NCBI GenBank assembly: GCA_947629105.1
Contig: CANRCJ010000002.1
Coordinates: forward strand, 1 to 37,442
Direction of reading: 5' to 3'
From: an uncultured Clostridia bacterium
Lineage (GTDB): Bacteria > Bacillota > Clostridia > TANB77 > CAG-508
Length of the DNA: 37,442 bases
Shown here: in pieces, positions 9,221 through 19,746 of the stretch
How positions within the stretch are numbered: position 1 is the stretch's first letter
Layout of the letters: each line of letters opens with the position of its first letter
The notes under the pieces: generated by a model
Told to the model about the DNA's origin: nothing
Seen by the model: the letters and a program-made list of their open reading frames with translations, nothing else
Databases searched by the model: none
Translations under genes and position numbers: made by a program

Positions 9221-10225
9221 ATGCAAAAAGTTGGAAAACAAACTATCAAATTTGATAATCCTCCTACTATTCTTGAAACAGCATCTATTGTTGGTCCAAA
9301 AGAAGCTCAAGGTCCACTTAGTAAATATTTTGATATGCTCCTAGAAGATGAATTTTGGGGTGAAAAGACTTGGGAAAAAGCAGAAAGTAAAATTATAAAA
9401 GAAGCAGTAAACATGGTTATAACTAAATCTGGGCTTTCTGCTGACAGCATTGATTATTGTTTTGCAGGAGACCTACTTAATCAATGTATATCTTCAAGCT
9501 TTGGTCTTCGTGAACTAAACATTCCTTACTTTGGAATATTTGGAGCATGCTCTACATTTGTAGAAGGAATGATACTTAGTAGTATTTTAGCTGAGGGAAA
9601 AGCCGCAAATAATGTGCTTTTTGCTGCTTCTAGTCACTTTTGTAGTGCAGAAAAGCAATTTAGATTTCCTCTTGAGCTTGGAAATCAAAGGCCTCCAACT
9701 TCACAGTGGACTGTTACAGGTGCAGGTAGTGCTATTATTTCTGCTACGGGTTCTGGCCCTTATGTAACTTATGCAACACCTGGTAAAATCGTCGACAAAG
9801 GCATAAAAGATGCAAATAATATGGGAGCCGCAATGGCACCTGCTGCAGTTGATACTCTTCTTACCCATTTCAAAGACACAGGAAGAAATCCTAGTTACTA
9901 TGATGCGATAATATCAGGTGATTTAGGATACATTGGTAAAGAAATTGTAATTGAAATGTTACAAACATATGGATATAAAGTAAAATCAAATTACAATGAC
10001 TGTGGAGTTTTAATTTTTGATAAAGAAAAACAGGACACTCACTCTGGTGGAAGTGGTTGTGCATGTTGTGGAACAGTCTTTTCTGGATATTTATTTAACC
10101 AAATGAAAGCTAAAAAGTATAAAAAGATTCTTCTTATTGCAACAGGAGCACTTACAAATGCTACTACTTCTCAGCAAGGAGAATCTATACCTGGTATTGC
10201 ACATGCTGCTGCAATCGAGATTTAG
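9221..10225 (+). CDS. spoVAD: Stage V sporulation protein AD
   Basis: AGDLLNQ, GACST, SSHFCSAEKQFRFP, MGAAMAPAA, GGSGC and ESIPGIAHA motifs. Confidence 0.96.
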   Translation: MQKVGKQTIKFDNPPTILETASIVGPKEAQGPLSKYFDMLLEDEFWGEKTWEKAESKIIKEAVNMVITKSGLSADSIDYCFAGDLLNQCISSSFGLRELNIPYFGIFGACSTFVEGMILSSILAEGKAANNVLFAASSHFCSAEKQFRFPLELGNQRPPTSQWTVTGAGSAIISATGSGPYVTYATPGKIVDKGIKDANNMGAAMAPAAVDTLLTHFKDTGRNPSYYDAIISGDLGYIGKEIVIEMLQTYGYKVKSNYNDCGVLIFDKEKQDTHSGGSGCACCGTVFSGYLFNQMKAKKYKKILLIATGALTNATTSQQGESIPGIAHAAAIEI

Positions 10226-10238
10226 GAGGTACGTCTAT

Positions 10239-10628
10239 ATGAATGAATTTTTTAGTAGCTTAAACATTATGGACTATGTATGGTGCTTTATTGTCGGTGG
10301 CATTATATGTATAATAGGACAAATTTTAATTGATAAAACAAAAATAACATCTGCAAGAATTCTTGTACTTTTCGTAACAGCTGGTGCCATTTTAGGTGGA
10401 CTTGGAATATATCAATATATAGTTGATTTTGCAGGTGCTGGTGCAACTGTTCCAATCACAGGCTTTGGATATAACCTTGCAAAAGGCGCAATAAAAGGAG
10501 TTAGCGAATCTGGCTTACTTGGTGCATTTACAGGAGGTATAAGAGCTGCTGCTGGTGGAATTGCTGCTGCTGTATTCTTTGGATACCTCGCATCACTTAT
10601 TGCTAAACCTAAGATGAAAAAGCAATAG
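10239..10628 (+). CDS. spoVAE: Stage V sporulation protein AE (SpoVAEb)
   Basis: FIVGGIICIIGQILID...FAGAGATVPITGFG. Start ATG 10239 follows AGGAGG. Confidence 0.93.
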   Translation: MNEFFSSLNIMDYVWCFIVGGIICIIGQILIDKTKITSARILVLFVTAGAILGGLGIYQYIVDFAGAGATVPITGFGYNLAKGAIKGVSESGLLGAFTGGIRAAAGGIAAAVFFGYLASLIAKPKMKKQ

Positions 10629-10648
10629 ACAGGCTCTAATTTAAGCAT

Positions 10649-10684
10649 AAAACAAGAGTGGTATATTTCCCCCACTCTTGTTTT
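10649..10684. terminator. Bidirectional terminator between spoVAE and the ABC genes
   Basis: AAAACAAGAGTGG-N10-CCACTCTTGTTTT. Confidence 0.8.
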
Positions 10685-10727
10685 TGTATAATTCAAAACT
10701 CAAATTTGATATTTTGCTTAAAGCATA

Positions 10728-13196
10728 CTATTCAATATCATGTCTTGCTAAAATCTCAGCCGGTGTTCTTCTTAAAACCCTATATAATGGAAGTAATCCT
10801 ACGACTATGTTAAATACATATATGAGTAATATACTTATTCCCACAGTTTCAAAATTAACAACAAACATACCACCAACATATGGAATTCTTGCAAACCCAT
10901 AAAGAATATATGTCATAAGCATTAGTCCTGACATTCCTGCTATAGTTGTTATAGCAATTATTTCTCCTAAAAACATCTTATATATATCTGTTTTTTTAGC
11001 TCCAATTGCTCTTAAAACTCCAACTTCTTTTATTCTTGATAAGAAAGATGACCTTTCCATCAAATATATCTCAATTAAAGATATAGCAAGTATTACTCCT
11101 GCAAAGATTACACCACTTCTAATACTATCTTGCCTTTCTTTAATATATGCTGTTCTTGCTTTTTCGTATGTATTTTCAAGATTTATATTAAATTCATTTC
11201 TAAATTTATTTAAAACTGTTTCTTTGTCTTTTGGATATATCATAATTCCAGTTTTCTCACTAATCTCATTATATTTTACTGTATTATTATTTACCAAATA
11301 ATCTTGCCTGTCCGTCATACTATTATAATATCCAACAACTTTAAGGTTTACTCCATTTATTTTTTCTTCAATAGTTTTATTTAATTTCATTTGGCTTGCA
11401 TTTACGCTGTTTACTATAACTTCATAATCATTTTCAGGCATTCTTCCTTTCGTTAAAGTTATATCATCTAAATATAAAGAGTAGTCTGCAACTTTTGTTT
11501 GTCCTTGAGTACTTGAATCAGTCATATAGCCCCCTGCGCCGTACCAAATAAGGGGTTGATCTTGCGATTCATTTAATAAATTTACAAATATATTTTTATT
11601 CGCATAAATAGATGGGCTCTTTCTATCTACGATTCCAACAATAGTAAGCTTATCAATGCTTCCGCACGATACTTCTCTATTTAGTAATTCCTCTGCTGAA
11701 TTTATTCCTTTTTGTGGTAGCGAGTTATAAGAACCATATGCCATCTTGTCATAAATCATTTTATCTATTACAATTTCACTCTCATTTTCTGGAACTCTTC
11801 CACTTATAATATCATTTTTTGATATAATATCTAAGCTTGTTAACTTACCAGATAATATAGTCTGTGGAGCATTTTGTTGTAATTGATAATAATCTTTAAT
11901 TTGCATGTTTAGGTTTATCTCTCCATTACCTGGTATTATATAATCAATACTATCTAATTTTTCATATTCCAAAAACTTCTCTACACTCAATTTTTCCTGT
12001 TCTGCTTGTAAATAATTCCTATCAGCTGTTATGAATTCTGATTCATCTATATTAAGTGTCCCTGCAATATTTGAAACAGCATACATAATAAACATAGATG
12101 ATGCAAAGAAGCCAAGAAGAAGTATCTTTTTAAGTATCGAAAAGTTTGCAATTTTCTTAATTCCCATATAGCAAGATTTAAAGAAACCATTTATGGAACT
12201 ATATTTTATTTTAAATTTCTTGTCTATAATACTATCTAAATTATATGAATACTCTTCGTAAATAGTTTTATCTATTGTTTTGTAATGCTCATTTACAAAC
12301 TCAACAGATGAATTTTCATCAACTACTTGTACTCTATGTTTTGGTGCTTTAATATATATATTATTATTCTTTAAGACAACTTCCATTTCTATTTTTTCAT
12401 TGCTATTTGAATATGTATTTATATTTATATTATTTTTATTAAAGTTTTCTATGCTTTCAAAATCTTTTAGATATATTTTGTTTTCTATCCTATAATCTAA
12501 GGCATTATTTGCATCATTTGGGTAATCATTTGTAACCTTGCCGGTCTTTTAGCTCTATAATTCTTGAAGCATAAAACTTTGCAAGTTCAGTCTCATGTGT
12601 TACAAGTATTACTAATCTGTCTTTTGAGATTGCTTTAATAATATTCATTATTTCCAAGGAATTCTTGCTATCTAAATTTCCGAGTTGGTTCATCAGCAAT
12701 TACAATATTCGGATTTTTAACAATAGCTCTTGCTATTGCAACCCTTTGCCTTTCTCCTCCAGATAGCATTTTAGCTGGTCTGTTCCTATATCTATACATT
12801 CCGAACGCACTCTAAGACATAATTTACCCTTTTCTTAGTTTCTTCTCTATCCCTTAGTCCAATCATCTTTAAAGCTATTGCAATATTTTCATAAACGGTC
12901 AAATTGTCTATTAATTTATAATCTTGAAATATATATCCAATATTTAAGTTTCTTATTTTATCAACGGTATAAGCTCTCCTATTAGTTATTTGCTTGCCAT
13001 TTATATAAATCTTACCTTTATTTACTTTGTCTAATCCACCTATTGCATTTAAAAGTGTAGTTTTACCACTACCAGAAGCACCTAGAAGTGCAACTAATCC
13101 TGTTTTATCAAATTCAAGAGAAGTATTGTTTATAATGTGTATTTCGTTTCTTTTATGCCTGTTAAAATACTTATTTACGTTTACTAAACTTATCAT
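10728..13196 (-). CDS. Fused ABC ATPase-permease (MacB/FtsX-like), 821 aa, needs three +1 shifts at CGG 12803, 12682 and 12543
   Basis: Walker [10 protein letters not shown], then LECV[C]GMYRY...[14 protein letters not shown]...IADEPT[C]GNLDSKNS...LVTHE...IELKD[C]GKV, which joins ORF 10728..12386. That ORF has an FtsX-type C-terminus ([13 protein letters not shown]). Confidence 0.9.
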
Positions 13197-13198
13197 AG

Positions 13199-15422
13199 CT
13201 ACACCTCCTCGTTATATGTACTAATTGCTGATTTTTTAAATATTTTTCTTGCAAACCTTCTTGAAATTAGTCTTGACATACAAATTAAGACAATATAAAT
13301 TAGCACATATTCACGAATACTTAAAAATGAAGTTAGTTTTGCTATATAGCTCCAATTTAAAATATTTGTATTGACTAGATATATGATTAATATAACCGTA
13401 AAATATGCAATATTAGAGTTTACAAATAACTCTATATCTAATATTCTTTTTACTGACTTAAAGGTTGCGCCTAACATTCTTAGTGTTGTATAATAAACAT
13501 TTCTTGATTTTAGTATTATTTTAATTATTAAATACGAGATAAAGAATAATACAAATATTAGTAAAAATGTTACAACAAGTTTTACAATTTTCATTACCTG
13601 TTTATATGCTGCATTATCCTGTACTGCAAAATCAGTTATTTTCTTTGGGGATATGCCAATATCTTTGAGCTTAGCACAAGTATCATCTATATCTTTTTTA
13701 TCTTTTACATAAACCGAAGATTGGTATGGAGCTTTATCATATAAAGAATTATAATCTTCTTCATTTATGCAAATTACGCTATTATTAAACTCTTCTATTC
13801 CTGTTACCTTAGTGAAATTATTTTTTGTATATGTTCCCGATATTTCTAAATCCAATTTGTCCTCATAAAATATATTATCTACACAGATGCTTATAGGCTG
13901 ATTATTTATTCTTCCTTTGCTTAGTTGATATTTTAAGTCATCATTTACTATTGTCTTTCCCTTTTCTACATTTTTATTTGGGACAACAGAAAAAGTATTT
14001 ATATTCGTATATTTGCCATTAAATAAATATTTTATTGTGCTAAAATTTCTATTTACTGATAAATTTAACTTATCAATTAATTCTTGACTTCCATATATAT
14101 CATATATATAGTTATCGTCGTCATCATTATACTTAATTCCAACAATAGATGCCTTTGCAACTTCATTATATGAATTTGTTGTACTTATACTAAAATTATT
14201 ATTTATTAATTGGTCTTGTTTATTTGTAATATTATAATGATTCTTGCTACATGTTATCACAACTTCATTTTCTTTTTCAGGCATTCTTCCTACATCAAGC
14301 TTTCCTTCAAACTTGTCTATGTCGTGTATTATCCCTGAAAAAGTAACTGAACTAAATGGATCACTTATATTTTCCATTTTATAAAATATTACATCTTTAT
14401 CTACAAGATAATCATTTTTTACAATATAATCTACGTTTGATATTGCCTTTATTCTTTCATAATCTTCGTCAGAAAAAGTACTTTTGTCTTGTTTTTTAAT
14501 AAGCACACGATTTGGAGAAAAATCATTGAAGTAATAGCTATAATTTTCTTGAGATAATTCATATTCCAAAGACTCAAAGCTTGCATATTCCACAAGCACA
14601 GATATTGTTATAAACAAAAAGACAGCAAATAGTAGAGCAAATTTAGTAAATACATTGAAGGTATTTCTAAATCCTAATCTGTATTTATTAAATAAACTTA
14701 TTTTGCTGTATTTGCTTGTTTCTACCTGAATATCTTTATCTACTTTCTTTACTTCTGTATTTTCTATCACTCTTCCATCATGCATCTTTATAATTCTTGT
14801 TGCATATTGCTCCATTTGTTCAATATTATGAGTTACAATTATTACGAGTTTGTTTTTTGAAACTTTTTTTAGTATCTCAATAGCCTCTTTTGCAGACTCA
14901 ACATCAAGGTTCCCGAGTAGGCTCATCTGCGACAATTATTGGTGTCTCTTTTACCATTGCTCTAGCTATTGCAACTCTTTGCTTTTGCCCACCTGATAGT
15001 TTAGCGACTTTTGTATTTTTAAATTTAGTAAGACCAACTTGGTCTATCATGTCTAATACTTTATTCTTAACGTCTTTTTTCTTATATCCATTCAAAAGTA
15101 GCACCAATTCTACATTTTGGTACACTGTATAACTATTTACTAAATTAAAATTCTGGAAGATATTTGCAATGTATTTTCTTCTATACTCTTCAAAATCTTT
15201 CTCTGTATAATGGCTAGTCTCCTTGCCATTTATGTACATTTCTCCCTCTTCATAGCTGTCTAGTCCTGATATTACATTTAAGAGTGTGGACTTACCACTT
15301 CCAGACTCTCCTGTAATAACAACAAACTCACCTATATTAAACTTTAGATTTACTTTTGTGAAACCTGAAGCAATTATTCCGTTATTGTAATAGAATTTTG
15401 AAACATTTTTTAATTCTAACAT
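13199..15422 (-). CDS. Fused ABC ATPase-permease (MacB/FtsX-like), 740 aa, needs +1 shift at CGG 14915-14913
   Basis: [29 protein letters not shown][C]GNLDVESA and IVTHN motifs. C-terminal TM permease (TLRMLGA). Confidence 0.9.
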
Positions 15423-15455
15423 AACTTATCCTTTCTTTTGTAATAATTCAAGATA

Positions 15456-15484
15456 ATAATATACTTTACTTACTTTATTGTCAA
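15456..15484 (-). promoter_or_regulatory. SigA promoter of the ABC pair
   Basis: TTGACA-17 bp-TATTAT. Confidence 0.75.
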
Positions 15485-15496
15485 GCAATAATGAAA

Positions 15497-15528
15497 AAAG
15501 CTCAGAAGTTTTATTACTTCTGAGCTTT
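15497..15528 (-). terminator. Intrinsic terminator of rplM-rpsI
   Basis: AAAGCTCAGAAGT-N6-ACTTCTGAGCTTT, followed by a T-run on the minus strand. Confidence 0.85.
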
Positions 15529-15539
15529 CTATATTCATA

Positions 15540-15947
15540 TTAACGTTTACTAAATTGTGGAGCTTTTCTTGATTTTTTAAGACCATATTTCTTTCTTTCT
15601 TTCATCCTTGGATCTCTTGTTAAGTATCCTTTAACTTTAAGCATTGGTCTGTATTCACTATTAGCTTGATTTAAAGCTCTTGCTAATCCATGACGGATAG
15701 CTCCTGCTTGACCTGAGAATCCTCCACCTGTTACTTTACAAATTACATCATATTTGTTTAATGTATCTGTTGCAACTAATGGTTGTCTTACTATTACTTT
15801 TAAAGTCTCAAGGTTTAAATATTCATCTATATCTTTAGAATTAATAGTTATTTTTCCTGTACCTGGTACTATTCTAACTCTTGCTATAGAGCTTTTTCTT
15901 CTTCCTGTACCATAAAACATTATTTTATCTGAACTTGCTTTAGGCAT
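15540..15947 (-). CDS. rpsI: 30S ribosomal protein S9
   Basis: [27 protein letters not shown] and RKAPQFSKR motifs. Confidence 0.99.
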   Translation of the reverse strand: MPKASSDKIMFYGTGRRKSSIARVRIVPGTGKITINSKDIDEYLNLETLKVIVRQPLVATDTLNKYDVICKVTGGGFSGQAGAIRHGLARALNQANSEYRPMLKVKGYLTRDPRMKERKKYGLKKSRKAPQFSKR

Positions 15948-15961
15948 TTACTTTTCCTCCT

Positions 15962-16396
15962 TTAAAATTCCCATACTTCTGGTTTTTGAGCAATATTTTC
16001 ATGTTCTGCTCCAGCATATACTCTTAATTTTTTAATGCTTTGTCTTCCTAGACTATTATGTGGAAGCATTCCTTTTATTGCTAACATCATTGCTTTTTCT
16101 GGGTTATTATTAAGCATATCTTTTGCAGATATCTCTTTCATTCCTCCGATATATCCTGAATGATGTCTATAAACCTTTTGATTTAATTTATTTCCTGTTA
16201 AAATAGCTTTACTACAGTTAATAATAATTACATGATCTCCAACATCAATATTTGGTGTATATGTTGGTTTATGTTTTCCTCTTAATAATTTAGCAGCTTC
16301 TGTTGCTACTCTTCCTAGAGGCTTTCCTTCAGCATCAATTATATACCATTTTCTTACAATTTCATCTTTTTTTACACTATAAGTAGTATTATTCAT
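15962..16396 (-). CDS. rplM: 50S ribosomal protein L13
   Basis: [17 protein letters not shown]...[11 protein letters not shown]...[10 protein letters not shown]. Confidence 0.99.
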   Translation of the reverse strand: MNNTTYSVKKDEIVRKWYIIDAEGKPLGRVATEAAKLLRGKHKPTYTPNIDVGDHVIIINCSKAILTGNKLNQKVYRHHSGYIGGMKEISAKDMLNNNPEKAMMLAIKGMLPHNSLGRQSIKKLRVYAGAEHENIAQKPEVWEF

Positions 16397-16511
16397 GGTT
16401 AATTCATTTCCTCCATTCTGAATTCTTTTATATACTTAAAAATACCTAAACAACTTTAGTTTACCGGGAAAAAACTTACATTGTTTACATATCTTATCAT
16501 AACACTACAAT

Positions 16512-16540
16512 ATTTTAATACAATTTTCTTAGAATGTCAA
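16512..16540 (-). promoter_or_regulatory. SigA promoter of rplM-rpsI with a roughly 110-nt 5' leader
   Basis: TTGACA-17 bp-TAAAAT. Confidence 0.75.
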
Positions 16541-16543
16541 TAC

Positions 16544-17675
16544 TTACATCAAATATTTTTTTACAATATCATAAAAAATTTGTGTTCCAATAAGAATTGA
16601 GGTTATTCCTACCGTAAAGTTTTCGTTATGCTGAGGATAATACTCATCTTTTTGGCATCCAACTAATATCATTGCTCCAGGAACTTTTTGTAGAAAATAT
16701 GAAAAATCCTCTGAGCACATAGTTTTATAGTTTTTATCTATATTTTGAACAATATTTGATGCAATCTCTTGTATAGTTTCTGCTTCTTCTTCCGAATTAA
16801 CAGTTACAGGATAATTTGCAATAAATTTTATTTCTGCAGTTCCTCCCATTTCTTCTGCTATTTTTTTTACTTTACAACATAATTCCTCTTTAATCCTTGC
16901 TCTTATTTCATTATTAAATGTTCTAAAAATACCTTTTAAATATACCTTATCAGGTATAACATTATTGGTCTTTCCACCTGATATTGCTGTTATTCCTAAA
17001 ACAACTTTATCGTCTAAATTAGTACCAATATTTGCCATTTCTTTTATCATTTTACCTATTATGTTTGCTATATAAATTGTATCAACGCATTTTTCAGGAA
17101 TAGCTGCATGTCCACCTTTTCCATACACTATTATTTCAAATGGATCAGTTGATGCCATTACAGCACCTTCTTTTATTCCAATAGTATCTTCTTTTAGTTC
17201 ACTCCACACGTGTATTGCGAAAGCTTTATCTACCTTTGGATTATCTAATGCTCCATTTGATATCATTTTATCTGCTCCGCCTTCTCCTTCTTCATCTGGT
17301 TGAAATAGAAGCTTTACAGTTCCTTTTATTTTATCTTTATTTCTAATAATCAATTCAGCAAGTGAAAGAAGTATTGTCATATGTGCATCATGTCCGCATG
17401 TATGTTTTGTCCTTCCTGTATCATCCATTATAACTGCATCCATATCACTTCTAAACAATATACATGGTCCTTCCTTTTTTCCTTTTAATGTAGCAATTAT
17501 TCCAGTTGCATATACATTTGTATTTATATCAGTATAGCCCATTTGAATTAATCTCTCTTTAACATATGTAGAGGTTTTTATTTCTTTTAATCCGAGGTTC
17601 TGGATTATTCCATAAATACTCTTTATCTTTTCTCATTTGCGTTTCTAAAGATTTTATAATTTTTTCAATATTCAT
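16544..17675 (-). CDS. M20D amidohydrolase (probable N-acyl-diaminopimelate deacylase), 376 aa, needs +1 shift at CGG 17594-17592
   Basis: MNIEK...LWNNPEP[C]GLKEIKTS joins ORF 16544..17542. RSDMDA, HTCGHDAH, FQPDEEG, GKGGHAA and SEDFS motifs. Directly downstream of dapD. Confidence 0.85.
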
Positions 17676-17704
17676 TTTACTTATCTACTTTCTTTTTTAT
17701 TATA

Positions 17705-18505
17705 TTATGGGCGAAGTAAGTCTTCTAGTTCAACATTGCTTCCATATTTGATAATTATAGGGACAGACTTTGAAAGTTTTACTTCAGGAATAGATGTGCT
17801 TACATCTCTTGCTCCAGGAATAACAACTGCATTTTCAGGTACAACAATTACACCGTTTTCATTTGGAGTAATAACTGTACCTTTGACATTGTCGTATATA
17901 GGTGTACTGCCTGTTATAGTAACTCCAGCACCAATTACAGCATTCTTTTTTACAGTTGTCCCTTCAGTGATAATAGAGCCAGCGCCAATAAATGCGTCAT
18001 CTTCAATAATTACAGGATATGCTCCTACAGGTTCTAGTACTCCTCCTATAATTGCTCCTGCACCAATATGTACATTCTTTCCGATTTGTGCACATGAACC
18101 TACTAATGCTAACGAATCTACCATTGCACCTTCATCTATATATGCTCCAATATTTGCATAGCTTGGTGGCATAAATGTTACCCCTTGACCTATATAAACA
18201 CCATCTCTTATTGAAACTGAGCTTGATGCTTTTCTTATTTTCTCGGATAACATTATTTTTCTTTCACCCAAAGTATCTTTGTCAATTGTACCATCATTAA
18301 ACTGAATAATTTCACCAAATTTAAAACCAAGTAAAATAAATTGTTTTACCCATGTGTTAACTCTCCAATCTCCATTTTGTTCCTTATATGCTGTTCTTAT
18401 TTTTCCATTATTTAAATCGTTTTTGAATCGTTTCCACTCAGGCAAAAATTCCTCACGAGTTAAGTTTTCCTTCTTTAGCATTGTAAGATACTTTTCCATA
18501 AACAT
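17705..18505 (-). CDS. dapD: Tetrahydrodipicolinate N-succinyltransferase
   Basis: WRVNTWVKQFILLGF, PSYANIGAYIDEGAMVD, VGSCAQIGKNVH and IGGVLEP motifs plus hexapeptide repeats. Confidence 0.88.
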   Translation of the reverse strand: MFMEKYLTMLKKENLTREEFLPEWKRFKNDLNNGKIRTAYKEQNGDWRVNTWVKQFILLGFKFGEIIQFNDGTIDKDTLGERKIMLSEKIRKASSSVSIRDGVYIGQGVTFMPPSYANIGAYIDEGAMVDSLALVGSCAQIGKNVHIGAGAIIGGVLEPVGAYPVIIEDDAFIGAGSIITEGTTVKKNAVIGAGVTITGSTPIYDNVKGTVITPNENGVIVVPENAVVIPGARDVSTSIPEVKLSKSVPIIIKYGSNVELEDLLRP

Positions 18506-18512
18506 TTCTCCT

Positions 18513-19082
18513 TTAATTTATTTTATTAAGCAATAAATAATTTCTTAGCTCCACTGTGTCAGGATGTATTAATGTTTTATTTCTTATGGACTTTTGGATT
18601 ACATAATCAAGATTAATAAAAATTGCGCCATCTAAATCTTCCATTGCCACCTTTCTTAATTCTTCTACTCCATCAAAAGATCTGTTTTCTTCTATCTTAT
18701 CTGCAATATAGATTATTTTAGCTAATCTATCCATATTTATATTTCCTGTTGTATGATATTTAATTGCTTTTTGCACTTGCTCATCTACATTGTATTTTTC
18801 TTTAGCAACACAAGCACCAAGTTTTGCATGAAGTAAGCCTAGTTGTTTTTTTTCTATTTCATCTATTTCTATGTTATATTTTTTTATGTACTCATCTATT
18901 TTTTCCTTGCACATTTCCTTTGCTATGTCGTGAATCAATCCAGTAAACTCTGCTTTTTCTTCATCTTCTCCATATTGTTTCGCTAAAATCTTTGCCATCT
19001 TCATTGTTCCAACTGAGTGATTATACCTCTTCTCAGAAAGAATTTCTTTTAGATCGTTTTTTACATTTTCTATATCCATCAT
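18513..19082 (-). CDS. yqeK: YqeK HD-domain hydrolase (Ap4A hydrolase)
   Basis: KRYNHSVG...GLIHDIAKE...LLHAKLG...AIKYHTTG...IYIADKIEENR. Likely start follows AAGGAG (the track gives 19094). Confidence 0.9.
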   Translation of the reverse strand: MMDIENVKNDLKEILSEKRYNHSVGTMKMAKILAKQYGEDEEKAEFTGLIHDIAKEMCKEKIDEYIKKYNIEIDEIEKKQLGLLHAKLGACVAKEKYNVDEQVQKAIKYHTTGNINMDRLAKIIYIADKIEENRSFDGVEELRKVAMEDLDGAIFINLDYVIQKSIRNKTLIHPDTVELRNYLLLNKIN

Positions 19083-19152
19083 ATTCTCCTTCATATTATC
19101 TACTTAACATTGAATTTTTAAATCTAATTCAAATTTATATTTCTATGTTAAT

Positions 19153-19707
19153 CTATTTGTTTTTCAATTCTTTATATATCTTATAATTATTTAATACTTT
19201 TCTTACGTATGTATTTGTCTCTTTATATGGAATATTTTCAATATTTGAGCCATCACTTTTTATTATACCATTATCTATCCATTTTGTAACAGTACCAATT
19301 CCCGCATTATATGCAGTTATTGCAAGATAATAATTATTATTATAATATTTTAAAAGTGTCGAAAAATACTTTGTTCCTATCTCTATATTACACTTTGGCT
19401 CTGCTAAATCTACTGTTTTCATTCCAATATCATTTGCAACCTCTGTTGCCGTATTTTCCATTAATTGCATAAGTCCTATTGCACCACTTTGTGATACAAT
19501 ATTAGGATCAAAGTTACTTTCTGCTTTTATTAAAGCAAATATCCATGCTCCTTCTATATTATACTTTTCAGAATACTCATAAACATATTCTGAAAATTCA
19601 TCAGGATATAACCTGTTTAAAATAAAATTATATATACTACACGCAAATATTATGATAATGGTTACTATTAATGTTATTTTTACTATTTTCTTTACTATTG
19701 ATATCAT
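19153..19707 (-). CDS. Lytic transglycosylase (SLT domain) with N-terminal TM
   Basis: ALIKAESNF, GAIGLMQLM, AYNAG and IPYKETNTYVRKV motifs. Confidence 0.93.
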   Translation of the reverse strand: MISIVKKIVKITLIVTIIIIFACSIYNFILNRLYPDEFSEYVYEYSEKYNIEGAWIFALIKAESNFDPNIVSQSGAIGLMQLMENTATEVANDIGMKTVDLAEPKCNIEIGTKYFSTLLKYYNNNYYLAITAYNAGIGTVTKWIDNGIIKSDGSNIENIPYKETNTYVRKVLNNYKIYKELKNK

Positions 19708-19746
19708 TCCTTCCTTGTGTTTTTTATCATTTGTTATATAAATATT

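Noticed and set aside
16397-16505. L13 leader RNA upstream of rplM
   Set aside because: Plausible by position, but I could not establish the structure by eye. It needs an Rfam/Infernal search.
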